Part shown: positions 41,708 to 52,217 of the stretch, piece by piece | How positions within the stretch are numbered: the stretch's first letter is position 1 | Layout: each line of letters opens with the position of its first letter | Assembly: GCA_035515395.1 (NCBI GenBank) | Contig: DATJBJ010000083.1 | Coordinates: 25 to 64,024, forward strand | Direction of reading: 5' to 3' | Origin: Methanoregula sp. | GTDB lineage: Archaea > Halobacteriota > Methanomicrobia > Methanomicrobiales > Methanospirillaceae | Length of the DNA stretch: 64,000 nt | Translations under genes and position numbers: made by a program | The notes under the pieces: generated by a model | What the model saw: the letters and a program-made list of their open reading frames with translations, nothing else | What the model was told of the DNA's origin: nothing | Database searches by the model: none

Positions 41708-41783
41708 ACTCCCGCGGCCTTCCGGGTTTTTTGCTTTTTTTTGTATAATTTTTAATAGGGGGACTCTATAATTTACTAAATTA

Positions 41784-42155
41784 ATGGAGACTTCTGTCGA
41801 GAATCCCAAACTCCGCACCTGGATCTTCTTTTACCTCATCATTCTCACCGCGCTTCTCTGGGCTACATTCCTTATGACCCGGGGCGAGATGATCGGTACG
41901 AGCGTTGCCCTCTTCATCATCGCCACGTTCATGTCCTCCTTCTCCTTCACCTTTGCCAGGAGAGCACGCTCGTGGATCTACCTGTACCTCATAACCTTTG
42001 CTGCCGTACTCTGGGCGGCATTCCTCCTGGTGCAGGGCGTCATGGTAGTCGTCAGCGTATTTCTCATCTCGGTCGCGGCCTGCGTAAACATCTTCTCGTT
42101 CATCTGGATCGACGAGGAACAGGAAGAGACGGGGAAGCAGGACCATCCTGCCTGA
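41784..42155 (+). CDS. 4-TM membrane protein, paralog B
   Basis: near-identical IILTALLWATFLMTRGEM..IIATFMSSF; same upstream 17-mer. Confidence 0.82.
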   Translation: METSVENPKLRTWIFFYLIILTALLWATFLMTRGEMIGTSVALFIIATFMSSFSFTFARRARSWIYLYLITFAAVLWAAFLLVQGVMVVVSVFLISVAACVNIFSFIWIDEEQEETGKQDHPA

Positions 42156-42315
42156 CCGGGAATCAGTTTACCGGGCGCGACGCAGAGGAGAGGAGGCCGC
42201 GTACTGCCGTGGCGAAAAGACACCCCGGTTTTCAAAGAGCGTTGCCTATCCATTTTTATGATTCGGGATTCCACGTCACTGGTATGATGCTGGTTACCGC
42301 GAGGCTGATCCGCGG

Positions 42316-43023
42316 ATGAACGGCACAGAGGCGCTGTCATGGTGCGGCCGGGTAAAAGAATCGATCCGGGACTGCTCCGGAGAGATCGTCTTCGGGATGT
42401 CGGACGGCGTGGTCTCCATCTTCGGCCTTGTGGCCGGCATGGTGGCGGGTGCCCAGTCCGGCAACGTGATCCTCCTCGCCGGCGCAACGGCCGCTATCGC
42501 GGCTACGGTATCGATGATGGCTGGCGTATTCCTCGATATCGAGTCCGAGCGTGACTGCGCACGGGTTGAGGAGGAGGAGCGGGCAGCCGAGATCCGGAAG
42601 GATCCCGGGGGGGTCGTGGACAAGCTGATGAGCGATCTCTCCGGAACCGGCCTGAGCCGGAAGAGCCTCGACGCCATACGCGATGATCTGAAGGCACACC
42701 CCCTTGCGATCCAGAAGTTCGAAGATGCGGTGGCTGGCGAGGAAGAGACCGAAGCGCAGAAGACCCCGCCGTTCATCCATGCCTGCTGGATGGGGATTGC
42801 GGACTTCATCGCAGCGATGACCCCGGTCGTCCCGTTCATCTTCCTGCCGCTCGGACAGGCCAGGATCGTCTTCATCTTCGGGACGGCCCTCCTCCTGATC
42901 CTCCTCGGGATCGGGAGGGCGAAGCTCGGCGAACGCCCGATCGTGCGGACGGTGCTGGAGACGTTTGCGATCGCAGCTGCCGCGGCCATCGCAGGCGCAC
43001 TGGTCGGTCTGCTGGTCAGCTGA
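42316..43023 (+). CDS. VIT1/CCC1 family transporter
   Basis: IVFGMSDGVVSIFGLVAG, AATVSMMAG.FL, PVVPF. Confidence 0.9.
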   Translation: MNGTEALSWCGRVKESIRDCSGEIVFGMSDGVVSIFGLVAGMVAGAQSGNVILLAGATAAIAATVSMMAGVFLDIESERDCARVEEEERAAEIRKDPGGVVDKLMSDLSGTGLSRKSLDAIRDDLKAHPLAIQKFEDAVAGEEETEAQKTPPFIHACWMGIADFIAAMTPVVPFIFLPLGQARIVFIFGTALLLILLGIGRAKLGERPIVRTVLETFAIAAAAAIAGALVGLLVS

Positions 43024-43027
43024 CAGG

Positions 43028-43059
43028 GACCGGAAGTCGTCAGGCCCCGGTCTTTTTTT
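43028..43059 (+). terminator. hairpin plus T7 tract after the VIT1 gene
   Basis: GACCGG...CCGGTC followed by TTTTTTT. Confidence 0.5.
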
Positions 43060-43820
43060 CCCGGTAAAATCCGGTGCACACGTGTGCCCGAGGTAACGCC
43101 TTAAAACCACGCCCCGGCGCCGCGTGGGGGTTGTTCAGGATGCGTCCTGCACCTCAGGTATCCGTGCCGGCGCCTTCCGCGCCGTTCCGGTGGTTTGTCA
43201 CCATCTGAAAAGTTTTACCCGAAGATGGGAAATATCTCTATTAAATACCGGCGAGTCGGTTCCGGTATTTTCGTGGAACGACGAACATCCCGGTGGGCCC
43301 TGAACACCGGGAAGGAAAAAACGGCGTAACGCACCGTTGCCTCTATCCTCCAAAGCAGGGGGATCCCATTCCCCCCATTCTCTTACCTGCGCCCGCATCC
43401 CGCCCTGTAACGTGTCGTTTTTTTAAGAAATGGTGCAGGCGAAACCCGTGCCGGAAAATCAGAAATTCTGCACCCTCCATCGCCGTCATACCGTTGCAGA
43501 GCTCGCCCTGGTTTTTTATTCCTGCACGATCGTGCGGGCTCCATCCCCCGGGTCCCGGGAGCGCATCCCGTCCCCCGGACCCGCCCGGCATTTTTACGTC
43601 GAAGGAGGATGGCCATCGCCGGATCGACCGGGAAGGTGCATCCGGTCCTTGTTCTGCCTGCAAGCCGGAAAGTTCCCGGGACTCTTTGATTTTAAGGTGT
43701 TTTTGCGAACACGGCAAAAATTCTGCCCGGTTCTGACCAGAAAAATTATATGCCGGTAAACGCGATCTTATAAACAGGCATATAAATCAGAGAGGTTTCA
43801 TCTCTGTTAGAGAGACTGTA

Positions 43821-46800
43821 ATGAATTCCCTTCCGTCAGATCCGGGCGAACAGGTCATCGATATCTTCGTTTTAAGCGGGAGCCCGGAAGGAGCTTCCCG
43901 GCTCCGGGCGCCACTGGAGGAGGGCGGGTACCGGGTCACGCTCTTCACCGACAGCACAGAACTCCTCGAATCCCTCCGGTCGGGCATCCCCAACCTCCTC
44001 ATCTGCGATGCAACGACCGACGATGAGCGCGGGTACGACCTCTGCCGGCAGATAAAAGCCGACGACAACCTCTGGATGATCCCGGTCCTCATTCTCACCC
44101 GTACGGCCAGCCTCACCGACCTGCTCCGGGTCCTCGACTGCAACGCCGACAACTTCATCGCGTACTCGTCCGATCCCGCCTTCCTTCACGCCCAGATTGA
44201 AGGGATGCTCAGTACGCCTGTCGAGCGCCAGACGCCCGAGATGGTGAAGACGCAGTTCCGGATCCAGCACGACGAAAAGGTGTATCTCGTAACCGCCGAC
44301 CGCCGGAAACTCCTCGAACTCCTCCTCTCCTCGTTCGAGATTGCGGTCGGTTTCTCCCAGGAGCTTGCGCAGATACGGGACCAGTCAGGACAATTGTCAG
44401 CGGATCTGTCAGATCTCCGGAACGCCCTCGCGGAACAGAACCGGAAGATCGGAAGGATGAACGAGACCCTGCAGCAGAAGGAGCAGAGCGAGACGAGGAT
44501 CGCGCGGTCGCTCGCGGAGCGGGAGGCGGAGCTCGCCGAAAAGACGGCCGAGATCGACCGGCTCATGAAGAGCATGGATGACGACCGGGCGCTCATCGCC
44601 TCCGCGGAAGAGCATATCCGCCTGATGCTTGCGGAGAAGGAGGAGATCACCGGTTCGCACCGGGCGATAACGGACTCGCACCAGCAGAAGATCGCCTCGC
44701 TGTCAGCTGAGCTTGCGGCGACTACGGTGGCGCTCGACGAAGCGAAGACCGGGCTCGCCGAAAAAACAGCCCGGCTCGCGGAGGCCGAAAAGGGGCTGGA
44801 CGGCCTTACCCTGGAGAAGGAGGAGGCAGACCGCGCGCTCCTTGCCCTCTCCCGCGAGGCTGACCGCCTCAGGGCGGTGCTTGCGGGCGAGAAGGAGCGG
44901 GCAGATACCGGTGAGCGGGAGCTCACTGCTCTCCGGGAGGCAAAGGAGCGCTCGGAAGGGGAGCTCGCAGGGAAGATTGAGGAGCTGACGGCGCAGGCCG
45001 GCCGGGACGCCGCAGAGATCGCTTCCCTGAACGCAAAGGCAGGGGAGGAGGCGGCCAGGGCGGATTCGGCTGAGAGAGAACGGGAAGCCGCCCGTGCCGG
45101 GCTTGCTGCCGCGGAGGAGAACTACCGTGCGGATGCGGACAGGTGGAAAGAGCATCAGGCCGGGCTGCAGGCGGAACTGGCATCCGTGACCGAGGCACGG
45201 GAGAAGGAGGGGCACCTCCGCGAGGCTGCTGAGGCGCGATACGCCGACGCGATCCGCGAGAAGGATGAGCTGCTCAGGCAGGCCGGCGAACAATCCGCCG
45301 CCCTCTCCGGCGTCCGCACCGCACTCGCCTCCTCGGAGGAGAAGGCACGGGGGCTCGGGGAAGATCTCGTGGCGTCCCGGTCGGAGCAGAAACGGTACGA
45401 GGAGAGCTACCGGAAGGTCACGGCCGAACTGGAGCTTGCGCAGTCCGCCCTCGACGAGGAGAAGGCCCTCCGCGAGGAGAGCGAGGAGAAGCGGTCGGCT
45501 GCGGAACGGGAGCTTGCGGGGTTGGAGCAGGCAGCAAAAGAGCTCGAGCAGGAGCTTGGGAATGCCCGTGCAACGGTTGAGGCCGCAGAATCGCGGGTCG
45601 AGGCGCTCGAAACGGAGCTGAACGCCGCACACGAGGCTCGATCCGAATCGGCGGAGGAGGCACGGGCGAAGGGTGAGGCCCTTGCCCGGGCTCAGGCGGC
45701 CCTGGCAACCGAGCAGGAGCAGCGCCGTTCCGATGCGGAGAACCTCAGGGGAACGGCCCGGTCGATCGAATCTGCGGGCCTCGAACTCCGGAACGCCATC
45801 GCCGAGCGCGACCATCTGCGGGATGTGCTTGCGGCAGCTGAAGAGCAGCTGGACGCCTCCCGGAAAGAGAAAGAATTCCTTGCAGCCGGGATACAGGAGA
45901 TCGTCTCCAAGAGAGACCAGGCAGAGCGGGAGAATTCTGAGAAGATCTCCGCCCTGGAGGAGGATCTTGCCCGCGCCCGGGAGGAGGTGCACGGGCTGGA
46001 AGCCAAGCTGGCCGGCGTCAGGGAAGAGAAGGAACTCGAGGAGAACAGGCTCTCTGCGCTGTCCCGCGAGATCCAGCAGGCCCGCACGGCCCTCGCGGAC
46101 GAATGGGAAGACCACATGAATGCCGACGAGCGGCTCGTGGCTGCCATGGAGAACAATACCCAGCTCCGCCAGGCGGAGGAGAAACTCACCGCGCTCGCAA
46201 GCGAACTCGACCAGGCCCGGGCTGCGCTTGCGGACGAATGGGAGAGCCACATGACCGCCCGGGAGCGGCTCGCCGCTGCTGACGAGAAGAACGAGAAACT
46301 CCGCCAGACGATTACCGATGGCGGGCCGGTCGTGCGGGGCCCGGCACCGGTGCGGAGTGTCATCGTAAAGGATCCTTCCCTGCCGGTGACGATCACCCCG
46401 GAACCGACCGCAATGGCGAGGGTCGACATACCTTCCCTTCGTCCGGTCCAGGAGCCGGGGGCCGGCGGGATGGGCGGCCCGGAAGATACGGAAGGTATCG
46501 GCCCAATCGAGGGAGCTGTCCCTGAAGAGCCCCCGGCCATGACCGCTGCGGATGTCCCTATCGAGGACCTGTTTGAAGAAACCGGACCGGACCAGCCCGC
46601 CGCATCGCCCCCCCAGCCCGGGGACGATCTGCCTTCCGAGACCGGGGCCGGGGAACCGGAGGGGGAAGAAGGGACCGGAAGTACCGGCGAAGAGGGGGAA
46701 GTCGGGACTTCCGGGGGAGGTGAGGCCGGTGCAGAGGTCTCCCCGGAAGAAGCCCCTGCCGGGGGGGCCCCTTCACCTGCATCGCCGGCCAGCGGGATCG

Positions 46801-46994
46801 CGTTCGACCGGCAGCAGTGGTTCGATCTCTTCAGCTGGGCACGGCACGCCGATGGCCTGAACGGCGACCAGCGGCGGGAGATCATGCGGATGGGCAGGCT
46901 CGTCCAGCGGGGGAGGAAGCTCACCCGGAAACAGGAAGAGCGGGTCAGGGAGATGCTCTCCCTCGTCCAGTCGCTCGGGTACCGGCTCCCGTAA
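43821..46994 (+). CDS. atypical receiver domain + long coiled coil + acidic linker + small C-terminal domain
   Basis: PNLLICD...GYDLCRQIKAD..L..IPVLILT; about 650 aa heptad-rich E/A/R/L region. Confidence 0.88.
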   Translation: MNSLPSDPGEQVIDIFVLSGSPEGASRLRAPLEEGGYRVTLFTDSTELLESLRSGIPNLLICDATTDDERGYDLCRQIKADDNLWMIPVLILTRTASLTDLLRVLDCNADNFIAYSSDPAFLHAQIEGMLSTPVERQTPEMVKTQFRIQHDEKVYLVTADRRKLLELLLSSFEIAVGFSQELAQIRDQSGQLSADLSDLRNALAEQNRKIGRMNETLQQKEQSETRIARSLAEREAELAEKTAEIDRLMKSMDDDRALIASAEEHIRLMLAEKEEITGSHRAITDSHQQKIASLSAELAATTVALDEAKTGLAEKTARLAEAEKGLDGLTLEKEEADRALLALSREADRLRAVLAGEKERADTGERELTALREAKERSEGELAGKIEELTAQAGRDAAEIASLNAKAGEEAARADSAEREREAARAGLAAAEENYRADADRWKEHQAGLQAELASVTEAREKEGHLREAAEARYADAIREKDELLRQAGEQSAALSGVRTALASSEEKARGLGEDLVASRSEQKRYEESYRKVTAELELAQSALDEEKALREESEEKRSAAERELAGLEQAAKELEQELGNARATVEAAESRVEALETELNAAHEARSESAEEARAKGEALARAQAALATEQEQRRSDAENLRGTARSIESAGLELRNAIAERDHLRDVLAAAEEQLDASRKEKEFLAAGIQEIVSKRDQAERENSEKISALEEDLARAREEVHGLEAKLAGVREEKELEENRLSALSREIQQARTALADEWEDHMNADERLVAAMENNTQLRQAEEKLTALASELDQARAALADEWESHMTARERLAAADEKNEKLRQTITDGGPVVRGPAPVRSVIVKDPSLPVTITPEPTAMARVDIPSLRPVQEPGAGGMGGPEDTEGIGPIEGAVPEEPPAMTAADVPIEDLFEETGPDQPAASPPQPGDDLPSETGAGEPEGEEGTGSTGEEGEVGTSGGGEAGAEVSPEEAPAGGAPSPASPASGIAFDRQQWFDLFSWARHADGLNGDQRREIMRMGRLVQRGRKLTRKQEERVREMLSLVQSLGYRLP

Positions 46995-47087
46995 CCCGGT
47001 ACTGAACCCTTTTTTACCGGGGACGGATCGCTTAGTTCAGCAGTATCTTTAAACTGTTCCGGGCGATAATGGTCAGGAGACACCATC

Positions 47088-48524
47088 ATGGATCTCCAGG
47101 CTTTCCTTGACAGGCACCGCAGGTTGTTCCAGACAAAACCGGTCGCGAAACTGACCGAATGCTCAAGGGGAGAGAATGCCCTCAAACGCGTCCTGACGCC
47201 GTTCGAACTGGTGCTCCTCGGGGTCGGGGCGATCATCGGAACGGGGATTTTCGTCATCACGGGGGTGGTCGCGGCCAACTACTCGGGCCCCGCCCTCGTT
47301 GTATCGTTCATGATATCCGGGGCGGTCTGCGCTTTTGCCGCCCTGTGTTACGCTGAATTTGCCGCGATGGTACCGGTCGCGGGGAGTGCGTACACGTACG
47401 GGTACGCCTCGCTCGGCGAGCTCCTCGCGTGGATCATCGGCTGGGACCTTATCCTCGAATATTCGGTCTCGATCGCGGCCGTCGCGGTCGGGTGGTCCGG
47501 GTACGTGAGCACGCTGCTCGCCAATGCCGGCGTGATCCTCCCGGCCGCGTTCATCAACCCGCCCGGCCAGGCCGGTGGGATCCTCAATATCCCGGCCATC
47601 CTCATCATCGCCGTCATCACCACGCTCCTCATCGTCGGTGTCAAGGAAAGCGCACGGGTAAACAATATCATCGTGCTCATCAAGCTCTCCGTGATCATCA
47701 TCTTCCTTTATATCGCCTCTTCACACATCCGGCCGGTCCTCTGGACCCCGTTCATGCCCTTCGGCTGGAGCGGGGTCCTGACCGGCGCGGCGATCGTCTT
47801 CTTCGCCTACATCGGGTTCGACGCGGTCTCGACAGCGGCAGAAGAGGTCAACGACCCCCAGCGGAGCCTGCCGATCGGGATCATCGGGTCGCTCGTGGTC
47901 TCGACAATCCTGTACATTGCCGTCTCGGCGGTGCTCACCGGCATCGTCTCGTACACCACCCTGAACACGAGCGCCCCCGTCGCCTATTCCCTGCAGGAGA
48001 TCGGGATCCAGTGGGGCTCGGCGCTCGTCTCGGTCGGGGCGCTCTGCGGGATCACCTCCGTCCTCCTCGTCCTCCTCTACGGCCAGACCCGGATCTTCTT
48101 TGCCATGTCCCGGGACGGTCTCCTCCCGAAGACGTTCCGCGAGCTCCACCCCACGTTCCGCACCCCGGCAAAGGTGACGCTTCTCGTAGGGACCGTGACG
48201 GCGATCATCGCGAGCACGCTCCCCCTCCAGTCCATCGCCGAGCTCGTCAACATCGGGACCCTTGCGGCGTTCATCATCGTCTCGCTCGGTATTCTCGTGC
48301 TCCGGTACCGGCGCCCGGAACTCGAACGGCCCTTCCGCTGCCCCTTCGTGCCGGTCGTCCCTGTCCTCTGCATCGTCTCCTGCGGCATCCTGATCTATGC
48401 CCTCCCGTTCGTGACCCACCTGCGGTTCGTCATCTGGCTGGCGATAGGCCTGGTCGTATACTTCACCTACGGCATGAAGCACAGCAGGATTGACGAGGAT
48501 ACAAAAGAGATCGAGTGCTACTGA
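47088..48524 (+). CDS. APC family amino acid permease (CAT/YfnA-like)
   Basis: GVGAIIGTGIF, YAEFAAMVPVAGSAYTY, FFAYIGFDAVSTAAEE, MSRDGLLP. Confidence 0.95.
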   Translation: MDLQAFLDRHRRLFQTKPVAKLTECSRGENALKRVLTPFELVLLGVGAIIGTGIFVITGVVAANYSGPALVVSFMISGAVCAFAALCYAEFAAMVPVAGSAYTYGYASLGELLAWIIGWDLILEYSVSIAAVAVGWSGYVSTLLANAGVILPAAFINPPGQAGGILNIPAILIIAVITTLLIVGVKESARVNNIIVLIKLSVIIIFLYIASSHIRPVLWTPFMPFGWSGVLTGAAIVFFAYIGFDAVSTAAEEVNDPQRSLPIGIIGSLVVSTILYIAVSAVLTGIVSYTTLNTSAPVAYSLQEIGIQWGSALVSVGALCGITSVLLVLLYGQTRIFFAMSRDGLLPKTFRELHPTFRTPAKVTLLVGTVTAIIASTLPLQSIAELVNIGTLAAFIIVSLGILVLRYRRPELERPFRCPFVPVVPVLCIVSCGILIYALPFVTHLRFVIWLAIGLVVYFTYGMKHSRIDEDTKEIECY

Positions 48525-48556
48525 CGAGGGTCCTGAAAACTTCCGGGTCCAAGGCC

Positions 48557-48775
48557 TCAGATCCTCTCCGTCCTCTGCAGCCAGATCCCCGCTGCAGTGT
48601 AGAGCGAGAGGGCCGCGATCACAACGGCCGCGGCAGCGGCAGGAAACGTAATGTCCCCGGCAAGGAGAGACGCCGCGGTCAGCTTCAAAAGGACGAAGCC
48701 GCCGTACAGTACGAGCAGGGCAGCAATGAAGAGGGCGAGGAGTCCGGCCGCCCCGGCAAGGATCAGGTCATCCAT
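48557..48775 (-). CDS. small two-TM hypothetical protein
   Basis: two hydrophobic helices; ATATAC TATA-like upstream. Confidence 0.6.
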   Translation of the reverse strand: MDDLILAGAAGLLALFIAALLVLYGGFVLLKLTAASLLAGDITFPAAAAAVVIAALSLYTAAGIWLQRTERI

Positions 48776-48829
48776 GATAGGAGGTGAACCGGCCCGGTAT
48801 ATCAATCGTTGGGGCGGCCGGAGAGGATT

Positions 48830-49918
48830 TCAGGTCAGGTATTCCGCAAAGACATCGCGGTACAGGCGGTTGACATTCTCAGATGTCGGCGTCATGGCCG
48901 GGAATCCGGTGTATCCTGTCGCGGCGGGAATGTCCGTTGCGAGCGCGAGGTCGTACTGGCTCGTGGAATGGAACCAGCGTTTCTGCTCGTAATAGCCGGA
49001 CAAGTACTCCTGCTCGGTCTGGCCGGGGGTGGGGATGAAGAGCGCCTGCTTCTTTCTGAGTTCGGCGATCTCCATCACGCTCGTGTATCCCGAACGGCAG
49101 ACGATGAACTTTGCCCGGTTCATGAGGACCTCCTTCTCCACGGTGGTGGCATAGGGTATGATCGTGCAGCCATTTGTGGTCCTCGTCCCCCCCGGCGACC
49201 CCGGGCTGCCGAGAAGGGCGACGGACTCTTTCCCGAGATTTCGGACCTGCGGCACGAGTATCTTCTCGAGCCGGGTCCGCTGCGGCTCCGGGCCGGAGAT
49301 GATCACGAGGAGGTCAAGGTCCTCCTCAAGGTCCTGCCGGTGCATGCTCGTAAGGATACCGGCAAAATACGCCCGTTCCCGGGTCGCGTCGGTGCCGGGC
49401 AGCGAGAGCTTGCCCGCGAGGGAGCCGTTGCCGGGCGGGTTGTCTGGCACGACGACCCGGGAGAACTTCTCGTGGAGGTACCCGTTCATGGGGAGGGCGG
49501 CAAGCTCGAACGGCCAGAGCATCATGGGCAGGTGGTAGTGGAGCTGGTGCGAGATGAAGACGGAGGGGACCTTTTCGGAGTACACGCCGAGCCGGTTGTC
49601 GCTGATGATGAGATCGTACCGGTCCTTTTCAAGGATTGCAGAGAGGCGCTTCCGCTCTTCGCCGAGCGCCCGGAGGATGAGGGGGAAGGACGCGACGAAC
49701 TTGGGCAGGAAGAACCGGTTCCCGCTGTACCAGACCGGGTAGTCCGGGAACTCGATGAAGGAGTGTTCCGGAAACTCGTTCCGGAGGACCCGGAGGGCGT
49801 TTCCGCATGCGGCGATCGTAACCTCGTGGCCGCGGGCGGTGAGCGAGGCGATGACCGGGATGTCCCGGGTCGCGTGCCCGAGCCCCCAGTTCAGCGGTGA
49901 GACGAGTACGCGGGCCAT
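48830..49918 (-). CDS. GT-B glycosyltransferase (family 28 C-terminal-like)
   Basis: SPLNWGLGHATR, IISDNRLG, SGPEPQR, CRSGYTS.ME, IPTPGQTEQEYL. Confidence 0.9.
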   Translation of the reverse strand: MARVLVSPLNWGLGHATRDIPVIASLTARGHEVTIAACGNALRVLRNEFPEHSFIEFPDYPVWYSGNRFFLPKFVASFPLILRALGEERKRLSAILEKDRYDLIISDNRLGVYSEKVPSVFISHQLHYHLPMMLWPFELAALPMNGYLHEKFSRVVVPDNPPGNGSLAGKLSLPGTDATRERAYFAGILTSMHRQDLEEDLDLLVIISGPEPQRTRLEKILVPQVRNLGKESVALLGSPGSPGGTRTTNGCTIIPYATTVEKEVLMNRAKFIVCRSGYTSVMEIAELRKKQALFIPTPGQTEQEYLSGYYEQKRWFHSTSQYDLALATDIPAATGYTGFPAMTPTSENVNRLYRDVFAEYLT

Positions 49919-50098
49919 GCAGTTCTCCGGGAATGAAGAGGATTTTGCCGGGAACGGTATTGAAGGGATCGCCCGGCACGGATCTCCAGGGATTGTTATG
50001 GGGAAAGAGGCGGGACTGGTGGGAATTTTCGGGCCTGACGCTTTTGCACTCTGCCTTCACCACTCCCCGGTATCCCCCGGGATCCCGCGGCCCTCCGG

Positions 50099-50836
50099 TC
50101 AGCTCCACGGCTTCCCGTCCGAATCCAGCCCGAACCTCTTCCCGAACTCGTTGCGGTGCACGAATGATTCGGGGTCCCTGCGCACCCTCAGGTAGCCCGG
50201 CTGTTCGGCCGGGTACCCCAGCCTCACCGCGAAGGATACCGCCATGTGCGGCGGGATCTTCAGGATATTCTTCACATCGGCCTGTGCGGACCCGCCGAAT
50301 ACGCTCATGACCTGGAAACCGACATCCAGCTCCTCGGCCATGAGCCACATGTTCTCCATCACGCATCCGAGGCTGAGCATACCGAGCACATCCCCTTCCG
50401 ACGCCGGGGCCCGTTTCCGGGTATCGTACACCACGACGATGACGGCCGGGCTCCCCTTGATCGTTTCGGCCAGCGTCCCGGGCTTCCTGTCGCGGATGGC
50501 AGCCTCCAGGTTCGTCCCGTCCCGCCACCCGGGCGGGAACTGCTGCCCCAGGATCCCGACCTTCTTATGCGACAACTCTTCTTCGGACATCGACAGCTGC
50601 CAGAAATTTTCCCTGATAAAGTCAGGCGAGGGGTACGTCGTTACCTTTCCCAGCCGATCCAGTACGTTCCTGTCATCGACGACGATTACCTCGAAATTCT
50701 GCATATTGTGGGCGGTAGGCGCCCACCGGCCCGCTTCGATGATCTTTTTTATGTCCCGGCCGGGCACCGGTTTCTGCGGATCGAAGGGTGCTCTCGCCGA
50801 ATGCCGTTCCCACATTACCTTCAAAAGGCTCTCCAT
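50099..50836 (-). CDS. nitroreductase family protein
   Basis: RHS.R.PF, EAGRWAPTAHNMQ, ENMWLMAEEL.VG, RLGYP. Confidence 0.9.
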   Translation of the reverse strand: MESLLKVMWERHSARAPFDPQKPVPGRDIKKIIEAGRWAPTAHNMQNFEVIVVDDRNVLDRLGKVTTYPSPDFIRENFWQLSMSEEELSHKKVGILGQQFPPGWRDGTNLEAAIRDRKPGTLAETIKGSPAVIVVVYDTRKRAPASEGDVLGMLSLGCVMENMWLMAEELDVGFQVMSVFGGSAQADVKNILKIPPHMAVSFAVRLGYPAEQPGYLRVRRDPESFVHRNEFGKRFGLDSDGKPWS

Positions 50837-51057
50837 TGTACCCGGCTCCCATGTACTTCCGCTCCGGTATGCACGTATGCAGTGAAAGATATTTCCAAAC
50901 CCGGGGGGAAACGGGCTGGCAGGGAGGGAAGGGACGTGGCACCGGAAATTGCCGGCCCCCCCCTTTTTTACGGGTCCCGGGGTCCCGGGCATGCCCGTTT
51001 TATCGCGGGACCAGTACTTCACCGGAACCCGGTCGGGCGGAACCCTGCCCCCCGGTC

Positions 51058-52128
51058 TCAGAGCGCCGGGTAATCCGTGTACCCCTTCTCTTCCCCGGAA
51101 TAGTACGTGGCCGTGTCTTCGCGGTTCAGCGGCGCACCCCTCCGGAACCGTTCCGGGAGATCCGGGTTTGCAAGGAAGAAGACCCCGAACGAGACGAGAT
51201 CGGCGAGGCCGGCCGCGAGCACCCGCTCTGCACCCGCGGCATCGTACCCTCCGTTCAGGATGAGCGTCCCGCCGAATTTTTCCCGGATGAGCGGGGCGAT
51301 CCGCTGCTCCGGTGGTACCGCCCCCAGCCTTCCGCCGATCGCCTCCACGAGATGGAGGTAGCCGATGCCCATCCCGTTCAGCTCCCGCGCGAGGTAAGAG
51401 AAGGTCTCACGAGGGTTCCGATCGGACATGGCGTGGACGGAGAAGTGCGGGGAGATCCGGTACCCCACCCGTCCCGGCCCGAAGACCCCGGCCACGGCCC
51501 CGGCGACTTCGAGCGGGAACCGTGCCCGGTTCTCCACGGTCCCGCCATAGCGGTCAGTCCGCCGGTTCGAGCCGTCGCGGAGGAACTGGTCCAGCAGGTA
51601 CCCGTTTGCTCCGTGGATCTCCACGCCGTCGAACCCCGCACGCTTCGCGTTCTCCGCCCCGTGCCGGAACTCCTCCACAATCAGGGGGATCTCATCCTTT
51701 TCCAGGGCCCGGGGGACCGGGATCGCCTTCCTGCCCGCCGGTGTATGGATCTCCTCGCCGACCGGGAGCGCGGACGGCGCGACCGGGAGCCGGCCGCTGA
51801 GAAAATCGGGATGCGACATCCGGCCCACGTGCCAGAGCTGGAGGTAAATCGCACCCCCGGCCCGGTGGACGGCGCCGGTCACCTCTTTCCATCCACCGGT
51901 CTGCTTCTCGGAATAGATGCCGGGGGTCCTGAAGAAGCCGGCGCCCTGTTCGCTCACCTGCGATCCCTCGGTCACGATCAGGCCCGCAGAGGCCCGCTGC
52001 ACATAATAGGTTGCGGACAGCGGGCCCGGGACATTGCCTTCCGCTGCGCGGCTCCGTGTCATCGGCGCCATCACCAGCCGGTTTTTGAGCCTGAGCCCGG
52101 CCATTTCGTATGGGGATAACAGGATCAT
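51058..52128 (-). CDS. Old Yellow Enzyme family alkene reductase (NemA-like)
   Basis: NRLVMAPMTRSR, QLWHVGR, GFDGVEIHGANGYLLDQF, GYTDYP. Confidence 0.94.
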   Translation of the reverse strand: MILLSPYEMAGLRLKNRLVMAPMTRSRAAEGNVPGPLSATYYVQRASAGLIVTEGSQVSEQGAGFFRTPGIYSEKQTGGWKEVTGAVHRAGGAIYLQLWHVGRMSHPDFLSGRLPVAPSALPVGEEIHTPAGRKAIPVPRALEKDEIPLIVEEFRHGAENAKRAGFDGVEIHGANGYLLDQFLRDGSNRRTDRYGGTVENRARFPLEVAGAVAGVFGPGRVGYRISPHFSVHAMSDRNPRETFSYLARELNGMGIGYLHLVEAIGGRLGAVPPEQRIAPLIREKFGGTLILNGGYDAAGAERVLAAGLADLVSFGVFFLANPDLPERFRRGAPLNREDTATYYSGEEKGYTDYPAL

Positions 52129-52217
52129 GCATCTCCTCCCGGGCAGGGCCGGTCCCGGCCGCTTTTACCCGGTGTTCCGGTTCTGAAGGATTTAAGTATG
52201 TTCCCGGTTTGCACCTG

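Noticed and set aside
43060-43820. ~760-bp gap with short hairpins and GGCGATGG motifs (fluoride riboswitch?)
   Set aside because: Remaining riboswitch consensus and pseudoknot not found; ORFs there lack coding character
43821-46994. SMC/Rad50 ATPase
   Set aside because: No Walker A/B, signature or hinge motifs
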